Assembly: GCA_963716725.1 (NCBI GenBank)
Contig: CAVQUB010000002.1
Location: forward strand, 256,001 to 320,000
DNA: 64,000 nucleotides
Direction: 5' to 3'
Source of the DNA: an uncultured delta proteobacterium
Lineage (GTDB): Bacteria > Myxococcota_A > Polyangia > Polyangiales > Polyangiaceae
Shown in pieces: positions 9,784 to 18,822 of the stretch (the first letter of the stretch is position 1; each line of letters starts with the position of its first letter). The notes beneath the pieces are model-generated. The model did no database searches and had not been told where the DNA came from. It saw only the letters and a list, made by a program, of their open reading frames with translations. The translations under genes were made by a program, and so were the position numbers.

Positions 9784-11154
9784 TCAGTCCGGTTGGTACA
9801 TCACCGTCTGCGAGCCCTCTTGATGGTAGTACTTCGCGAATCGCGGGCGCTGGAAGCTGAGCGCACCAAATGAGTTGACCACGATGCTCCAGACCGCCGT
9901 GGCGTAGAACAGAGGTCCGAGCCGGAACCCGCCGACGGCGAAGAGGCAGAACAAGAACACCGAGTAGTCGTTCGAGAAGCGGTAGCCGAACTGCACCCAG
10001 CCGGTGTTTTGGTAGAAGAGCGTCGGCACCGCGACGGCGAGGGCCGTGAGCGTCAGCGCCCAGTGCACACGCGTCCACTTTCGGGGCCAGAGCAGCCACA
10101 AATACAGGGGCGTGGTCACCCACAGCGCGAGCCCGTGAGCGTTGATCTGAAAGCGTGGGTCGGCTGGCGCCTTGGCGATCCACGGTAGGCTCGTCAGGAC
10201 GACGCCCAGGTTCTTGCCGAAGTAGTGGTAGCTGAAGAGCCCCCACTTCTCCATGCGGGGCCGCCACAATACCGTGAGGTAGCGGTAGCCGAACTCGAAG
10301 GCATCGCCGAAGCGCGCTCGGTTGTACCAGGCCGCGATGGCGAGCACCGCCACCAGCGGCGCCCCGAAGGCCAGTATCAGCGAGAAGAAGCGTCGTCGAT
10401 CGATGGTCGCCCACGCGACCCGCAGCCGACGCCCGAGCGCTACCAAGCCGCGTTCACCCGGGACGGACGCGTCGTTCGCCTGCCCTCCCATCGAAACTCG
10501 AAACGCCTCGAAGACGAAGAGCGGGACGGCGTAGAGCATGGGCGCTCGGGTGAGAAACCCGACCCCGACCAACACGCCCGCGAGCACCGGCCTCTCGGCG
10601 TCGAGGGCGCACAGCACGTACAAGGCGGCGATAGCCGTGCCGACGACGTGGGCCGCAAACCAGACCGTGCCCTGCTCCGCAGTGAAGAAGTACACCGTCC
10701 CGAAGGCGAAGAGCAGGCTGAGCAGCAGGCTGAACCTCGTTGTTCGCCCGGTGAGTCCCATGCGCCGCAGCTTCTCGATGCACAAGAACAGCACCGCAGG
10801 CGCAATGCCCGCCAGCCAAAGGAAGAACTGACCGTCTTGCACTCGAACCGCGCTGCCGCCCAGCTTGACCAGGGGCAGGAGCAGCAGCGCCGGGAAGGGC
10901 GGAAAGACGATGAACCATCGCCCCCCTACCTCCGCAAAATCGTTGTTCTGCGCGTAGCCGGGCGGCGGCCCACCGAGGTCGAGCCGCCCCTTCAGCCAGC
11001 CTTCGGCGAGCAGCGCGAAGTGGTTGAAGGGCGTGTGCTCGGTGAGCGTCTGCCGGGACGCGCAGGCAAAGTAGACCGCGGTCGCGGCAACGTAGACCAC
11101 GAACGCGAGAGTCAGTCGGCGTGCGCGCCCGTCGTCGCGGAGCCTCGACCACAT
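9784..11154 (-). CDS. Polytopic membrane protein, probable GT-C fold glycosyltransferase
   Basis: About 10 TM segments; periplasmic loop ending FPPFPALLLLP, LTRAP, WYNRARFGDAFEFGY and FGYRFSNDY, typical of PMT-like/GT-C proteins. Confidence 0.6.
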   Translation of the reverse strand: MWSRLRDDGRARRLTLAFVVYVAATAVYFACASRQTLTEHTPFNHFALLAEGWLKGRLDLGGPPPGYAQNNDFAEVGGRWFIVFPPFPALLLLPLVKLGGSAVRVQDGQFFLWLAGIAPAVLFLCIEKLRRMGLTGRTTRFSLLLSLLFAFGTVYFFTAEQGTVWFAAHVVGTAIAALYVLCALDAERPVLAGVLVGVGFLTRAPMLYAVPLFVFEAFRVSMGGQANDASVPGERGLVALGRRLRVAWATIDRRRFFSLILAFGAPLVAVLAIAAWYNRARFGDAFEFGYRYLTVLWRPRMEKWGLFSYHYFGKNLGVVLTSLPWIAKAPADPRFQINAHGLALWVTTPLYLWLLWPRKWTRVHWALTLTALAVAVPTLFYQNTGWVQFGYRFSNDYSVFLFCLFAVGGFRLGPLFYATAVWSIVVNSFGALSFQRPRFAKYYHQEGSQTVMYQPD

Positions 11155-11218
11155 CGCCGCCGCAAGCTACCACAGGCTGAGGGTCGACAAATCCCGGGAC
11201 TGGTGTACCTTCCGCGCC

Positions 11219-11836
11219 GTGTCCAAGCCGCTGCTCAGCGTTCCACTCGCCGATCTGGAGCGCGGTCCTCTCGACGTGGGATGGGACCTCGGGGAGGCCT
11301 GGCTCGCCGACTGCCTCGAGGGCACCGACGCGACCGCGGTCGGCCCGGGCAGGTTCGACGCGCGACTGACCCTGACCGGCGACGAGGTGCTCGTCCAGGG
11401 CCGTGCACGGGCGAAAGTGACAGTCCCGGAGGCCCGCACGCTCGACCCCGTGGAGCTGACCCTCGAGAGCGAGGTGGTCTTGATGCTCTCGCCCCGGCCG
11501 ACCGACGTCGGGCCCAAGCGCACCCGGCAGCCCAAGAAGAACCCCGAGAAAACCGCGACCAAGCCGCCTCCGAAGGCCTGGAAGGCCGCCCCCGAGCTGA
11601 GCGACGACGAGGCCGGGCGGGACACCTATTGTGGTGACGTGGTCATGCTCGACGACTTCGTCCGGGAGTTCCTGCTGCTCGAGCTGCCCATCGTCGTACA
11701 TAAGGACTTGCCAGCCGACCCCGCACCCGGTATCGCTCCGCCCCCGGCTCTGGTCCCGGAGCCTGAACGGCGAGTCGATCCCCGGCTCGCCCCGCTCGCA
11801 GCGATCGCTGAGCGACTGCGCGAGCGAAAGAACTAA
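11219..11836 (+). CDS. yceD: YceD/DUF177 family protein
   Basis: Directly upstream of rpmF; LDDFVREFLLLELP and DPRLAPL motifs. Confidence 0.8.
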   Translation: MSKPLLSVPLADLERGPLDVGWDLGEAWLADCLEGTDATAVGPGRFDARLTLTGDEVLVQGRARAKVTVPEARTLDPVELTLESEVVLMLSPRPTDVGPKRTRQPKKNPEKTATKPPPKAWKAAPELSDDEAGRDTYCGDVVMLDDFVREFLLLELPIVVHKDLPADPAPGIAPPPALVPEPERRVDPRLAPLAAIAERLRERKN

Positions 11837-11848
11837 GGAGCGATTCCC

Positions 11849-12040
11849 GTGGCGGTTCCGAAGCGACGAAACACTTCCAGCAAGCGCAACACGCGACGCG
11901 CGAACCACGACAAAGTGGCGGCGCCCAACATCGTGCCCTGCACCAACTGCTCGGCCCCCATGGTGTCGCACCGGGTCTGTCCCTCCTGCGGCTTCTACAA
12001 GGGCAAACCGGTCGGCAAAGCTCCCGCTGAAGAAACCTGA
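11849..12040 (+). CDS. rpmF: 50S ribosomal protein L32 (zinc-ribbon type)
   Basis: MAVPKRRNTSSKRNTRRA..CTNC..HRVCPSCGFYKG; AAGGAG RBS. Confidence 0.97.
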   Translation: MAVPKRRNTSSKRNTRRANHDKVAAPNIVPCTNCSAPMVSHRVCPSCGFYKGKPVGKAPAEET

Positions 12041-12121
12041 CCGGCGCGACCGCGCGGGCAGCGGCCCAGGCGCACCGCTTTTTGCGGTGACGTCCTGCGC
12101 GAGCGATCGTACGCAGCGAGC

Positions 12122-13120
12122 ATGACCATCGCCGCTGGACCCCGAAGCCGCATCGCCGGCACGGGGGCGTATGTGCCCGAGCGGGTGATGACGAACGCCG
12201 AGCTCGAGAAGCTGGTCGACACCTCCGACGAGTGGATTCAGGAGCGAACCGGGATCAAGCAGCGACGCGTCGCCGCTGAGGGCGAAGCCGCCAGTGACAT
12301 GGCAGTCCAGGCGGCTCGCCGCGCGCTCGAAGCCGCTGGTCTCGAGGCGACCGATCTCGACATGATCGTGGTCGGGACCATCAGCGCCGACATGCCGCTG
12401 CCCGCCTGCGCGGCTTTCGTGCAACAGAAGCTGGGTTGCCCCGGCATCCCGGCCTTTGACGTCGCGGCGGCCTGCGCGGGCTTCGTCTACGCGCTGTCCA
12501 TCGGCGATCAGTTCATCCGCAGCGGAGCCCACCAGCGCGTGCTCGTGATCGGGGTGGAGCTCCTGTCGCGCGTGCTCAACTGGAACGACCGCGCCACCTG
12601 CGTGCTCTTTGGCGATGGCGCCGGCGCGGCGGTGCTTGCGCCCGCCTCCGACGACGGGCGCGGCGTGCTCTCGACTCGGCTCTACACCGACGCAACCTTG
12701 GCCGAATCTTTGTGCATCCCCGCCGGCGGCAGCAAAGAGCCGCTCACGTCCGCGGGCATCGAGGCTGGTCGGGACAAGGTGCACATGATCGGCGGCGACA
12801 TCTTCAAGATCGCCGTGCGCAACCTCACCAGCTCGTCGCGCGAAGCCCTGACCGCGGCGGGCATCGAGGCCAGCGCGGTGGACTGGGTCGTTCCGCATCA
12901 GGCCAACTTGCGCATCATCGCTCAGGTCGCGCAGCGCCTCGATATCCCCCTCGATCGCTTCGTGCTCAACATCGAGCGCTACGGCAATACCTCCAGCGCG
13001 TCGATCCCCATCGCCCTGGACGAAGCCGTGCGCGACGGCCGCGTCAAGCCGGGAGACACCGTGCTGATGTGCGCGCTCGGCGCGGGCATTTCCTGGGCCA
13101 GCGCCCTCGCGCGCATGTGA
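12122..13120 (+). CDS. fabH: 3-oxoacyl-ACP synthase III
   Basis: AACAGF, LFGDGAGA, PHQANLRII, YGNTSSASIP. Confidence 0.96.
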   Translation: MTIAAGPRSRIAGTGAYVPERVMTNAELEKLVDTSDEWIQERTGIKQRRVAAEGEAASDMAVQAARRALEAAGLEATDLDMIVVGTISADMPLPACAAFVQQKLGCPGIPAFDVAAACAGFVYALSIGDQFIRSGAHQRVLVIGVELLSRVLNWNDRATCVLFGDGAGAAVLAPASDDGRGVLSTRLYTDATLAESLCIPAGGSKEPLTSAGIEAGRDKVHMIGGDIFKIAVRNLTSSSREALTAAGIEASAVDWVVPHQANLRIIAQVAQRLDIPLDRFVLNIERYGNTSSASIPIALDEAVRDGRVKPGDTVLMCALGAGISWASALARM

Positions 13121-14100
13121 TGGCCATGAGCACGGCCTGGCTCTTTCCCGGACAAGGCACCCAGAGCGTCGGCATGGGCAAGGCGCTCCACGACGCCTCT
13201 CCGGCCGCGCGCGAGGTCTTCGCTCGCGCCGACCACGCGCTGGGCTGGTCGCTCTCGCGGCTCTGCTTCGAGGGTCCGGAGCACGACCTCACGCTCACGG
13301 CAAATACTCAGCCCGCCATCGTCACCGTCAGCATGGCGACCCTCGCGGCCATCCGCGAGGCGCTGCCCTCGCTGCCTCCACCCGCCTTGGCCGCAGGACA
13401 CTCCCTGGGCGAGTACAGCGCGCTGGTCGCCGCCGGAGCCTTGGGTCTCGAAGACGCGGTTCGCTTGGTCCACGTGCGCGGCAAGGCAATGCAAGACGCC
13501 GTGCCCGAGGGGCGAGGCGCGATGGCCGCGCTCATGGGCGGCGACTCGGACGCCGCGGCGGAGCTGTGCCGCGATGCCGCTGAAGACGGCAGCGTGCAGC
13601 CCGCGAACTTCAACGCTCCGGGCCAGGTCGTCATCGCCGGCACCAAGGCGTCGGTCGAGCGCGCGAGCGCATTGGCCGCGGCCCGCAAGCTGAAGGCAAT
13701 TCCGCTGAAGGTGAGCGCACCCTTCCACTGCGCGCTCATGGCGCCTGCCGCCGAGCGCATGCGCGCCGAGCTCGAGGCGGTCGCCTTTGGCCCCCTCGAG
13801 TTCCCGGTGGTCAGCAACGTCGAGGCTCGACCCAACGACGACCCGAGGAGAGTCGCGGAGCTCCTGGTGCGACAGATCGATGGCGCGGTGCGCTGGCAGC
13901 AGACCGTCGAGCTGATGGCCGCTCAGGGCGTGGATCGCGCGCTGGAGATTGGCCCCGGCAAGGTCTTGGCCGGGCTGGTCAAGCGGATCGACAAGCGCAT
14001 CTCGGTGCATTCGGTGGGCGACCCCGAGAGCGTGGCGCGCCTGGCGGAAGCCCGCGGTGCGTCAGGATCTTCCCGCTCGACAGCCGGCGCGGCGTGGTAA
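13120..14100 (+). CDS. fabD: Malonyl-CoA:ACP transacylase
   Basis: FPGQG, GHSLGEY, VSAPFHC, EIGPGKVLAGL; TGATG overlap with fabH. Confidence 0.96.
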   Translation: MAMSTAWLFPGQGTQSVGMGKALHDASPAAREVFARADHALGWSLSRLCFEGPEHDLTLTANTQPAIVTVSMATLAAIREALPSLPPPALAAGHSLGEYSALVAAGALGLEDAVRLVHVRGKAMQDAVPEGRGAMAALMGGDSDAAAELCRDAAEDGSVQPANFNAPGQVVIAGTKASVERASALAAARKLKAIPLKVSAPFHCALMAPAAERMRAELEAVAFGPLEFPVVSNVEARPNDDPRRVAELLVRQIDGAVRWQQTVELMAAQGVDRALEIGPGKVLAGLVKRIDKRISVHSVGDPESVARLAEARGASGSSRSTAGAAW

Positions 14101-14127
14101 ACGGGTTCCGCCCCAACGGGAGCGAAG

Positions 14128-14874
14128 ATGTTCGATCTGAACGGCAAAGTCTGTCTCGTCACCGGCGGCTCGCGCGGCATCGGCCGCGCCTGCGCGGAGG
14201 CGCTGGCTTCGCGCGGGGCTCATGTGGTGATCGGGTACGTCGGCAACGAGGCAGCGGCTCGCGAGGCGGCAGCGTCCTGCGAGGCCGCCGGCGGCAAGGC
14301 CGAGCTCTGCCAGTTCGACGTGAGCCAGACGGGCGCCGCCGAGGCCGCAGTCGCCGACGCAGCCAAGCGGCTCGGTCGACTCGATGTCTTGGTGCTGAGC
14401 GCCGGGATCTCCCTCGATGGGCTGCTCCTACGCCTGAAAGACGACGACTTCGACCGCACCCTGAACGTGAACCTCAAAGGCGCCGTGGCCTGCGCCCGCG
14501 GGGCGCTGAAGCCCATGATGCGCGCCAAGAGCGGCCGCATCATCTTCGTCTCGAGCGTGGTTGGCGAAATGGGCAACATCGGGCAAACCGCCTATGCCGC
14601 ATCGAAGGCGGCGTTGCTCGGGGTCACCAAGTCCCTGGCCCGCGAGTACGCCTCCCGCAACATCACGGTCAACGCCGTGACCCCCGGCTTCATCGAGACG
14701 GACATGACGAGCGAGCTTTCGGAGGAGGCCAAGACCGCCATGCTCTCGGCGGTCCCGCTCTCGCGCGCCGGCCGGGCGGGCGAGGTGGCCGCCGCGGTGG
14801 TCTTCCTGGCTTCGGACGAAGCGGCCTATGTCACCGGACACGCGCTCCGCGTGAACGGCGGCATGTATATGTAA
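14128..14874 (+). CDS. fabG: 3-oxoacyl-ACP reductase
   Basis: TGGSRGIG, YAASK, PGFIETDMT, NGGMYM. Confidence 0.96.
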   Translation: MFDLNGKVCLVTGGSRGIGRACAEALASRGAHVVIGYVGNEAAAREAAASCEAAGGKAELCQFDVSQTGAAEAAVADAAKRLGRLDVLVLSAGISLDGLLLRLKDDDFDRTLNVNLKGAVACARGALKPMMRAKSGRIIFVSSVVGEMGNIGQTAYAASKAALLGVTKSLAREYASRNITVNAVTPGFIETDMTSELSEEAKTAMLSAVPLSRAGRAGEVAAAVVFLASDEAAYVTGHALRVNGGMYM

Positions 14875-14957
14875 TTACTGACTTTATTCAACTAGCTCAA
14901 AATCCTTACCCAACCCTGGGCGCGCCGCGGTAGGACGCGCCCCTTCTGGAGGAAAAA

Positions 14958-15206
14958 ATGGCGGAAGGCCGGAACATCGAGGCCGAGGTCAAGCGCATCA
15001 TCAAAGAGCAGCTCGACGTCGACGAAAAGGACATCAAAGCGGAGTCCACCTTCATCGACGATCTCGGAGCGGACTCCTTGGGATTGGTGGAGCTGGTCCT
15101 CGCTTTCGAAGAAGCGTTCGAGATCGACATCCCGGACGAAGACACCGAGAAGATTCGGACCGTCCAGGACGCGGTCGATTACATCGAGAAGAACGCTCCG
15201 GCCTGA
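14958..15206 (+). CDS. acpP: Acyl carrier protein
   Basis: DLGADSL phosphopantetheine site, [21 protein letters not shown]. Confidence 0.97.
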   Translation: MAEGRNIEAEVKRIIKEQLDVDEKDIKAESTFIDDLGADSLGLVELVLAFEEAFEIDIPDEDTEKIRTVQDAVDYIEKNAPA

Positions 15207-15290
15207 GCCCGGAGCGACCTCGGATCGGGTCGTCGTGTCAGCTGTCGAAGCTGCTGCACGGCGACCCAGGTTCGTGCCCTGGAACCTCTG

Positions 15291-16538
15291 ATGGAGCGCG
15301 TCGTAGTCACCGGAATTGGTCTGGTCACCCCCAATGGGATCGGGGCGGATGCGACCTGGCGATCGCTGATCGCCGGGGAGAGCGCCGCAGCGCCCATCAC
15401 CCTGTTCGACGCCGATGAGCGCTACCCGTCTCGCTTCGCCTGCGAAGTGAAGGGTTTCGATCCGGCCGAGCACATGGATCGGAAGAAGATCAAGGAGGTC
15501 ACCCGCTTCACCACCTTCGCGATGGCGGCGACCAAGATGGCCTTCGCCGACGCTGCCCTCGAGCTGACCGACGAAGAGCGGGACACCACCGGTGTGTTCA
15601 TCGGCGCCGGTCTCGGCGGGCTCGAGAACCTGGAGCGCAGCACGCTGGTCCTCGACAAGAAGGGCCCGGGCAAGGTCAGCCCCTATCTGATCCCCTCGAT
15701 CATCGCGAACATGGCCGCCGGCCAGGTCTCCATCGCCTTCGACCTGCGGGGACCCAGCTACGCGCACACCAGCGCGTGCTCGTCGAGCGCCCACTCCATT
15801 GGCGAAGCGTACCGCTGGATCCAGGAGGGCCGCGCCAACGTGATGATCGCGGGCGGGGCCGAGGCCACCATCTCCCCCCTGGGCATCGCTGGATTTTCCG
15901 CCATGTTCGCCCTCTCTCGCCGCAACGACGAACCGAAGCGCGCCAGCCGCCCTTGGGACCGCGGTCGAGACGGCTTCGTATGCGGGGAAGGCGCCGGGAC
16001 CCTGGTGCTCGAGTCGCTGACCCGCGCCAAGCAACGCGGCGCGCGGATCCTGGCCGAGATTTCCGGCTTCGGAGCGTCGAGCGACGCTCACCACATCACC
16101 AAGCCTTCGCCCGGCGGCACCGGCGCACAGCGCGCCATGAAGACCGCGCTCGCCGACGCCGAGCTCAGCCCCGACCAGATCGACTACATCAACGCGCACG
16201 GCACCAGCACGCCGGCGGGTGACGTCGAGGAGGCGAGGGCCGTCATCGCTTGCTTCGGCCAGCACGCTCTCGACAAGAAGCTCTGGCTCAGTTCGACCAA
16301 GAGCATGATGGGACACCTGCTCGGCGCCGCCGGCGCCGTGGAGGCCATCGCCTGCATTCGGGCCATCGGCACCGGCTCGATCCCGCCGACTATCAACCTC
16401 GAGGACCCAGAGCCGGACTTTCCCCTCGAGTTCGTGGCAAACCAAGCCCGCGAGCGCCGCGTCCGCCACGCCCTGTCGAATTCCTTCGGCTTCGGCGGCA
16501 CCAACGCCAGCCTCGTGCTCTCCGCCTTCGAGCCCTGA
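15291..16538 (+). CDS. fabF: 3-oxoacyl-ACP synthase II
   Basis: SACSS, NAHGTST, KSMMGHLLGAAG, SNSFGFGGTN. Confidence 0.96.
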   Translation: MERVVVTGIGLVTPNGIGADATWRSLIAGESAAAPITLFDADERYPSRFACEVKGFDPAEHMDRKKIKEVTRFTTFAMAATKMAFADAALELTDEERDTTGVFIGAGLGGLENLERSTLVLDKKGPGKVSPYLIPSIIANMAAGQVSIAFDLRGPSYAHTSACSSSAHSIGEAYRWIQEGRANVMIAGGAEATISPLGIAGFSAMFALSRRNDEPKRASRPWDRGRDGFVCGEGAGTLVLESLTRAKQRGARILAEISGFGASSDAHHITKPSPGGTGAQRAMKTALADAELSPDQIDYINAHGTSTPAGDVEEARAVIACFGQHALDKKLWLSSTKSMMGHLLGAAGAVEAIACIRAIGTGSIPPTINLEDPEPDFPLEFVANQARERRVRHALSNSFGFGGTNASLVLSAFEP

Positions 16539-16556
16539 CCCTCCCAGAGCCCGACC

Positions 16557-17021
16557 ATGCAATGCCCTTCGTGCAGATCGATGGAGAGCCGCGTCGCGGA
16601 CTCGCGCCTCGCCTCGGGCGGCACGGTCACGTGGCGGCGCAGGGAGTGCGACGCCTGCAAGCGCCGTTTCACGACCTACGAGCGGGCCGAAGTGACCGCG
16701 CCGCTGGTGGTGAAGAAGGATGGCCAGCGCGTGGCCTTCGATCGGCAGAAGGTCCTGGCAAGCCTGCGTATCGCCTGCAACAAGCGACCGGTTTCACCCG
16801 ACCAGCTGGAAGAAGAAGCGGAGACGCTGGAGCGCGAGTTGTCCGAAGGCGGGGACCGCGAGGTGAGCTCGCTCGTGATCGGAGAGCGCGTCATGGATAG
16901 GCTTCGGCGCCTCGATCAGGTCGCGTACGTTCGATTCGCCAGCGTCTACAAGTCATTCCGTGACATCGACGAGTTCATGCGCGAGATGAGCGTACTCGTG
17001 CGCCCCAAGGACGGAGAGTGA
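16557..17021 (+). CDS. nrdR: Transcriptional repressor NrdR
   Basis: CPSC..RRRECDACKRRFTTYE zinc ribbon, ATP cone, VAYVRFASVYKSF. Confidence 0.96.
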   Translation: MQCPSCRSMESRVADSRLASGGTVTWRRRECDACKRRFTTYERAEVTAPLVVKKDGQRVAFDRQKVLASLRIACNKRPVSPDQLEEEAETLERELSEGGDREVSSLVIGERVMDRLRRLDQVAYVRFASVYKSFRDIDEFMREMSVLVRPKDGE

Positions 17022-17027
17022 GGCCAG

Positions 17028-18155
17028 ATGGGCGACGTCGATGCCAAACTGATGGCCCGTGCCATCGAACTCGCGCAGGGCGGTGACCCTTCGCCAAACC
17101 CACACGTTGGCTGCGTCGTCGCCGAGGGCGGCACGATCTTGGCCGAAGCGTTCCACGCGACGGCGGGCCTCGATCACGCCGAGGTCGCGGCGCTGCGCGC
17201 CGCAGGCGAGTCGGCCCGGGACAAGACCCTCTACGTGACGCTCGAGCCCTGCAATCACGAGGGCAAGACCGCACCCTGTGTCGACTCCATCCTCGCGGCC
17301 GGCATCAAGCGCGTCGTAGTCGGGTGCGGCGACCCCAACCCCAACGTGCCGGGCGGCGGCGCCGATCGATTGCGCGCCGCTGGTGTCGAAGTGGTCATGG
17401 GCGTCCTCGAGAAAGAAGCGCGCAGCTTGATCCGCCCCTGGACCAAGTACATCACCGAAGGCGCCTCCTTCGTCGGCGTCAAGCTCGGGGTCTCGCTCGA
17501 CGGTCGCATCGCAACCCGCACGGGCGCGAGCAAATGGATCACGTGCCCGGAGTCCCGCACGCGCGTCCAGGCACTCCGGGCGCGCCACGACGCGGTCATG
17601 GTCGGCATCAACACCGTGATCGCAGACGACCCTCGCCTGACGGTGAGGGACGTTCCTGGCCGCAGCCCCGTCCGCGTCATCGTCGACAGCAAGCTGCGCC
17701 TGCCGGCCTCATCCCAGCTGGTTCAGAGCGCGCGCGACGTCCCGACCTGTGTCATCACCACCTCCGAAGGGCCTCGGGGTGCGGAAGAAGAGCTGACCGA
17801 GTTCGGCCTGTCGGTGATCCGCGTCGCCGCGACGGCCGAGGGCCGGTGCGACATGCGGATCGCGCTGAAAGAACTCGCAGCCCGCGAGGTCGTGAGCGTC
17901 CTGTGCGAGGGAGGAGCTGAGCTCGTCGGCAGTCTGCTCGCCTCGGGCTTGGCCGGCGAAATGCACGTGTTCATCGCTCCGGTCATGCTCGGTCCCCGCG
18001 GCCGCCCCGGCGCCGTCGATTGGGCGGGGCCCGAGACGCCCTCGGATGCGCCCCGCATCGATCCTCCGGCCTGGGAGCTCTGCGGCAACGACGCCTACGT
18101 CTCCGGGCCGGTGGTCTACCCGAAGCGCTCCGTGCGAACGACCTCGCACGGCTGA
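17028..18155 (+). CDS. ribD: Riboflavin biosynthesis deaminase/reductase
   Basis: PNPHVG, HAE, TLEPCNHEGKTAPC, SLDGRIA, DDPRLTVR, EGG. Confidence 0.95.
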   Translation: MGDVDAKLMARAIELAQGGDPSPNPHVGCVVAEGGTILAEAFHATAGLDHAEVAALRAAGESARDKTLYVTLEPCNHEGKTAPCVDSILAAGIKRVVVGCGDPNPNVPGGGADRLRAAGVEVVMGVLEKEARSLIRPWTKYITEGASFVGVKLGVSLDGRIATRTGASKWITCPESRTRVQALRARHDAVMVGINTVIADDPRLTVRDVPGRSPVRVIVDSKLRLPASSQLVQSARDVPTCVITTSEGPRGAEEELTEFGLSVIRVAATAEGRCDMRIALKELAAREVVSVLCEGGAELVGSLLASGLAGEMHVFIAPVMLGPRGRPGAVDWAGPETPSDAPRIDPPAWELCGNDAYVSGPVVYPKRSVRTTSHG

Positions 18156-18243
18156 GTGAACCGGGCTCAGCTCGGGATTTCGGCCACGGGTCACCTCCAC
18201 TTGGACTGGCGGGCCCGAGGGCCCGTGTTAGGTTTCCCGGTGC

Positions 18244-18762
18244 ATGGCCGTCCGCGAAATCCTCGAGTACCCGCACCCCGTGCTGCGTGAAGTCGCCAAG
18301 CCCGTCGCCCGCGTCGACGGCGAGATCCGGCGGCTGGTCGATGACATGGCAGAGACCATGTACGACGCGCCCGGCGTCGGGCTCGCTGCACCGCAGATCG
18401 GCGTGGGCCAACGCGTCTTCGTCATCGACATCGCCAGCGAGGACGAACCCAGCGAGCTCCTGGTGTTCATCAACCCCGAGCTCGTCGAGACCAGCGGAAG
18501 TCAGACCTGGGAAGAGGGCTGCCTCTCGTTTCCCGGCGTGAGCGAGGAAATCAAACGCGCGGAACAGGTCAAGGTCCGCGCCCTCGATCGAGACGGCAAG
18601 AGCTTCGAGCTCGAGGCCGAGGGCCTCTTGGCCGTCGCTATCCAGCACGAGCACGACCACCTGAATGGCGTGCTCATGATCGACAAGCTGAGTGCCCTGA
18701 AGAAGCGGATGATGGGCCGAAAGCTGGCCAAGAAGCAGAAGTCCGAGGACGCCGAGGCCTGA
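18244..18762 (+). CDS. def: Peptide deformylase
   Basis: [24 protein letters not shown]. Confidence 0.97.
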   Translation: MAVREILEYPHPVLREVAKPVARVDGEIRRLVDDMAETMYDAPGVGLAAPQIGVGQRVFVIDIASEDEPSELLVFINPELVETSGSQTWEEGCLSFPGVSEEIKRAEQVKVRALDRDGKSFELEAEGLLAVAIQHEHDHLNGVLMIDKLSALKKRMMGRKLAKKQKSEDAEA

Positions 18763-18822
18763 ACTCGAGCGACTCGGCTCCTCGCCCGGTCGGCTTCGCA
18801 CTGCCCCCGACGTCGACGGGCT

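Noticed and set aside
12060..12083. Intrinsic terminator after rpmF
   Set aside because: Only a 5-bp stem with a 10-nt loop and a short T-run; too weak to call.
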